Source: Alphaproteobacteria bacterium
GTDB taxonomy: Bacteria; Pseudomonadota; Alphaproteobacteria; UBA828
Reading direction: 5' to 3'
Assembly (NCBI GenBank): GCA_963422645.2
Contig: CAXXVO010000012.1
Span: 128,001 to 192,000 of the forward strand
Length of the DNA: 64,000 nucleotides
The notes beneath the pieces are model-generated. The model saw only the letters and a list, made by a program, of their open reading frames with translations, ran no database searches and was not told the origin of the DNA. The first letter of the stretch is position 1. Each line of letters opens with the position of its first letter. The translations under genes and the position numbers were made by a program. Shown here piece by piece: positions 61,014-64,000 of this stretch.

Positions 61014-61413
61014 TGGGGCCGTCTCTGGCGATTGTGACCGTCACCACGAGACAAAGCCCCCCGGCGAACTTCTTGCAAGTTCGCCGAGGGGCACCCGCCC
61101 CAAAACCTCAACAAATCCGAGCGGATCAGGCCCCGATCCCCGCTGAAAGACCGCGCGCGCTCAGGGAAGACCGTTTCGGTGGCGTTCAGGTCGCTCAGAA
61201 CCGCATCGATCCAACGGTCGCAGGCGTCGTTTGCGAGGCCAAGAATGTGGACCCGCAGGAGGCCATTGCCAGGATCCGGCAGGATGTCGGCATCGGCGGT
61301 GAGCAGCGCTTGAAGCAGTTTCCGGGGATGGGGCTTGTGGCCCTGCGCCTGCATGACGGGAAGCATCATGCGGGTTTCGGCGCGGTAGGCGATCATCCGG
61401 ATGACGTCGAGGA

Positions 61414-61490
61414 TGTAGACGGACGAAAGTCGTTGTGAATCGGGTCAAGGGGTGGAATCAGGCGGAATCGGGCGGAAGGTGGCGGAATCT
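61414..61490 (+). mobile_element. Left end of a second, related Mu-like element, interrupted by IS21
   Basis: TGTAGACGGACGAAAGTCGTTGTGAATC matches the mini-Mu left end TGTAGGGGGACGAAAGTCATTGCGAATC at 24/28. Confidence 0.7.
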
Positions 61491-61692
61491 TGTCAATCGG
61501 CTTTCAATACTGACCCCCGATCGGCGTGCAAAATTGACCCCCCTGAGTGGCACGGCGGAGGTTGTCCCGGTAGCCAATAGGGGGGACCCGCGCGGCTTCG
61601 TGTGGCGCCCTGCGCTACGCGGAGCGAAGCCGCGTGGGGGGTCCCTGTTGGCCCACCGGGGCAACCGGGCCGCAAGGGAGGCCGGCGGCGGG

Positions 61693-62421
61693 TCAGGAGC
61701 GGTTCTTGAAGCGCCAGCTCTCGTTGCCGGTCTCGATGATCTCGCAATGATGGGTGAGGCGATCGAGCAGCGCTGTGGTCATCTTGGGGTCGCCGAAGAC
61801 GGATGGCCATTCGCCGAAGGCGAGGTTTGTGGTGATGACGATCGAGGTGCGCTCGTAGAGCCGGCTCATCAGATGGAAGAGCAGCTGCCCACCGGCCTGG
61901 GCGAAGGGCAGGTAGCCGAGCTCGTCGAGGATGACGAAGTCGCGGCGGACGAGCTGGTCTGCAGTGCGGCCCTGGCGTCCGGCGCGAAGCTCGGCCTCGA
62001 GGAGGTTGACCAGGTCGACGACGTTGTAGCACCGGCCGCGCGCGCCCTTGCGGATGCAGGACCGCGCGATGGCGACGGCGAGATGGGTCTTGCCGGTACC
62101 GGTGCCGCCGACCAGCACGATGTTGCGTTTGCCCTCGAGGAAGCCGCCGCCGGCGAGCTCCTGGATCAGGGGCTCGTTGACCGGCGAGGCGGCGAAGTCG
62201 AAGTCGGCCAGCTCCTTGACCGTCGGCAGCTTGGCGGAGGCCATCTGGTACTTGATCGAGCGGGCCCTCTTGTCGGCGATCTCGACCTGCAGCAGCGTAC
62301 CGATGATCTGTTGCACCGGATGGCGGCGCTTGAGCCCGTCGGCAAGGATGTCGTCGTAAGCGGCGCGCATACCTGCGAGCTTCAGCTGGGTCATCATCTC
62401 CAGCACATCATGACGCTCCAT
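61693..62421 (-). CDS. istB: IS21 helper ATPase
   Basis: [24 protein letters not shown]. Confidence 0.95.
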   Translation of the reverse strand: MERHDVLEMMTQLKLAGMRAAYDDILADGLKRRHPVQQIIGTLLQVEIADKRARSIKYQMASAKLPTVKELADFDFAASPVNEPLIQELAGGGFLEGKRNIVLVGGTGTGKTHLAVAIARSCIRKGARGRCYNVVDLVNLLEAELRAGRQGRTADQLVRRDFVILDELGYLPFAQAGGQLLFHLMSRLYERTSIVITTNLAFGEWPSVFGDPKMTTALLDRLTHHCEIIETGNESWRFKNRS

Positions 62422-63922
62422 GACCGGCCTCCCTCAGGCTGTCGTAGCGCTGACAGTCGGCTACCGGCTTGTGGCGAAGCTGCAGGCCCTCGGGCGTCGG
62501 GATGATTGCCGGCGGTGCCGGCTGGCGCTGCCGGGCGAGGATGTTGAGCACCACGTCGGCGCTGCAGGCACCGCAGTCGAGCGTCTCGGCACAGGCCGCC
62601 TCAACCGCCTCCAGTCCGTCCTCCAGCACCGCCGCGAGCACCTTGACGAACTGCCGGTCGCCGTCGTCGTGGCCCGCGAGCCGGGTTCGCAGGCGGCCGA
62701 GCGCGTTGGGCAACTGCCAGTCCTTGAAGGGCGCGCCATTGCGTAGCGCGCCGGGCTTCCGCGTCAGGATCGGCACGTAATGCCACGGATCGTAGACGAA
62801 CCGGCCGCGCCCGAAGCTGCGGGGGTGCTCGGCAACGGTCTCGCCGTCCTGGCGGATGACGATCCGATCGGCATAGGCCCGCACGTCCACCGGCCGGCCG
62901 ACGGCGCGGGCCGCGACGCTGTACTGGTTGTTGTCGAAGCGCACCAGACAGGTCTTCGAGACCGACACCTCGCTGGCATGGAAGCCGTCGAAGGGGCCGC
63001 GATACGCCATCAGGAAGGGCTGCTCCTCCTCGAACACCTGCCACACCGTCTTGCCCGGGATTGTCGGATGCGGATGCTTCTTGGCGTCCTCGATGCACCG
63101 ATCCATCAGCCACTCGTTGATCTCGGCGTAGGAGCGGCCCCGCGGGATGGGCACGAACAGGCGGCCGCGAAGGTCACCCACCTGCTTCTCGACCTGCCCC
63201 TTCTCCCAGCCAGCCCCTGGCGTGCACGCCACAGGCTCCACCAGATGGTGCGAGCACAGCTCCTGGAAGCGGCGGTTGTAGTCCCGCTTCTTGCCCACGA
63301 AGATCGTGCTCACCGCCGTCTTCATGTTGTCGTAGATGCCCCGCCGGCAGACCCCGCCGAAGAAGCGGAAGGCACGCTCGTGCGCCTCGAAGACCATCTC
63401 CTGGCTCTCGCGGGGAAAGATCTGGACCAGATACATCCGGCTGTGGCACAGCCGCATGTGCGCCGCCTTCACCCTGGTCGTCGCGCCCGACAGACGCGCG
63501 TACTCGTGGCTCCAGTCGAACTGGTAGGCCTCGCCGGGATCGAAGATCAGCGGCACATAGGCCTGCGCCGGCGACAACAGCCGCCACCGGCGCCGCCAGG
63601 CCCTGGCATAGCGGCGAACCGCGTCATAGCCGCCCTTGTAGCCCAGCGACACAAGGTCTTCATGAATCCGCAGAAGAGACAGCCGATCCTTGCGTGCCTT
63701 CTTCTCGTTGGCCTTCAGCTGGCGCTCAAGCTCCTCCACCCACAGCCCAAGCTTCGGCATCGGCTGGATCTTGCGCTCGTAGCTGTGCGAGGTCGCATCG
63801 CCCCGCACCACCTTGCGTATCGTGTTCTTGGAAACCCTCAAATCCCGGGCGAGCTTCTTGATCGGAACGCCCTTCACCAGATGATCCCGACGGATCTTCG
63901 CGATCGTTTCCACAACCAGCAT
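62408..63922 (-). CDS. istA: IS21 transposase
   Basis: N-terminal HTH, YQFDW, YDNMKT, EKGQVE, LRNGAPF. Confidence 0.95.
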   Translation of the reverse strand: MLVVETIAKIRRDHLVKGVPIKKLARDLRVSKNTIRKVVRGDATSHSYERKIQPMPKLGLWVEELERQLKANEKKARKDRLSLLRIHEDLVSLGYKGGYDAVRRYARAWRRRWRLLSPAQAYVPLIFDPGEAYQFDWSHEYARLSGATTRVKAAHMRLCHSRMYLVQIFPRESQEMVFEAHERAFRFFGGVCRRGIYDNMKTAVSTIFVGKKRDYNRRFQELCSHHLVEPVACTPGAGWEKGQVEKQVGDLRGRLFVPIPRGRSYAEINEWLMDRCIEDAKKHPHPTIPGKTVWQVFEEEQPFLMAYRGPFDGFHASEVSVSKTCLVRFDNNQYSVAARAVGRPVDVRAYADRIVIRQDGETVAEHPRSFGRGRFVYDPWHYVPILTRKPGALRNGAPFKDWQLPNALGRLRTRLAGHDDGDRQFVKVLAAVLEDGLEAVEAACAETLDCGACSADVVLNILARQRQPAPPAIIPTPEGLQLRHKPVADCQRYDSLREAGHGAS

Positions 63923-64000
63923 CTCCCCCACCACCCCGTCCGTCCAAACGACGAGGTGTGTTCATGGACACAAATCCAAGGGGGTCAATTTTGGACGCCG

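Larger units (their letters stand above)
55975..61163 (-). mobile_element. Complete TG...CA transposon encoding DDE transposase, AAA+ ATPase, helicase-like and primase-like proteins
   Basis: Ends TGAGCGTGCGC / TGAGCGCGCGC (inverted, 10/11); GGGAA at 55970-55974 and 61164-61168; removing it restores the interrupted IS reading frame. Confidence 0.9.
55875..61413 (-). mobile_element. 3' part of an unclassified IS, interrupted by the primase/helicase transposon and cut at 61413 by a Mu-like end
   Basis: 61413-61164 LDVIRMIAYRAET...NATETVFP joins 55974-55876 GTRLRIVY...RGQEV*; terminal repeat 55875-55892. Confidence 0.8.
61491..64000 (-). mobile_element. IS21-family element (other end just beyond the window)
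   Basis: TGTCAATCGG... end with tandem internal repeats (AAAATTGACCCCC) mirrored by GGGGGTCAATTTT at the window end; istA-istB. Confidence 0.92.

Overview
High-GC window that looks alphaproteobacterial (Rhodospirillales-like gene order hisB-DUF2628-hisH-GNAT-hisA-hisF-hisE-HIT). It has a housekeeping and metabolic core (ctaA, ispG, glnE, a nitrogen-compound ABC uptake/catabolism operon with creatininase, ureohydrolase and deaminases, amtB, nnr, his operon, ubiD). Mobile-element pile-ups sit at both ends and inside comM. Main result: a complete 5,189-bp TG...CA transposon (55975-61163, 5-bp target duplication GGGAA) encoding a Zn/HTH protein, a DDE transposase, an AAA+ ATPase, a RecA-fold (AAA_25-like) helicase and a TOPRIM primase-like protein, with an origin-like inverted repeat between the last two. 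It is a candidate transposon carrying its own primosome; an apparently identical partial second copy lies at 1934-4381. Also present: two matching IS110 copies whose target, AA core and empty site can be read from the window, with a structured 5' non-coding region (candidate bridge RNA); an 8,250-bp centrally deleted Mu-like prophage (TGTAG...CTACA, GGCAC duplication) in comM, carrying packaging genes and a QueC-like gene fused in frame to the ComM AAA+ domain; the end of a second related Mu-like element at 61414; and IS66, IS1634, IS4, IS21 and an unclassified IS. Product calls come from motif recognition and repeat comparisons were made by eye; no database searches were run. No rRNA, tRNA or CRISPR array was seen.
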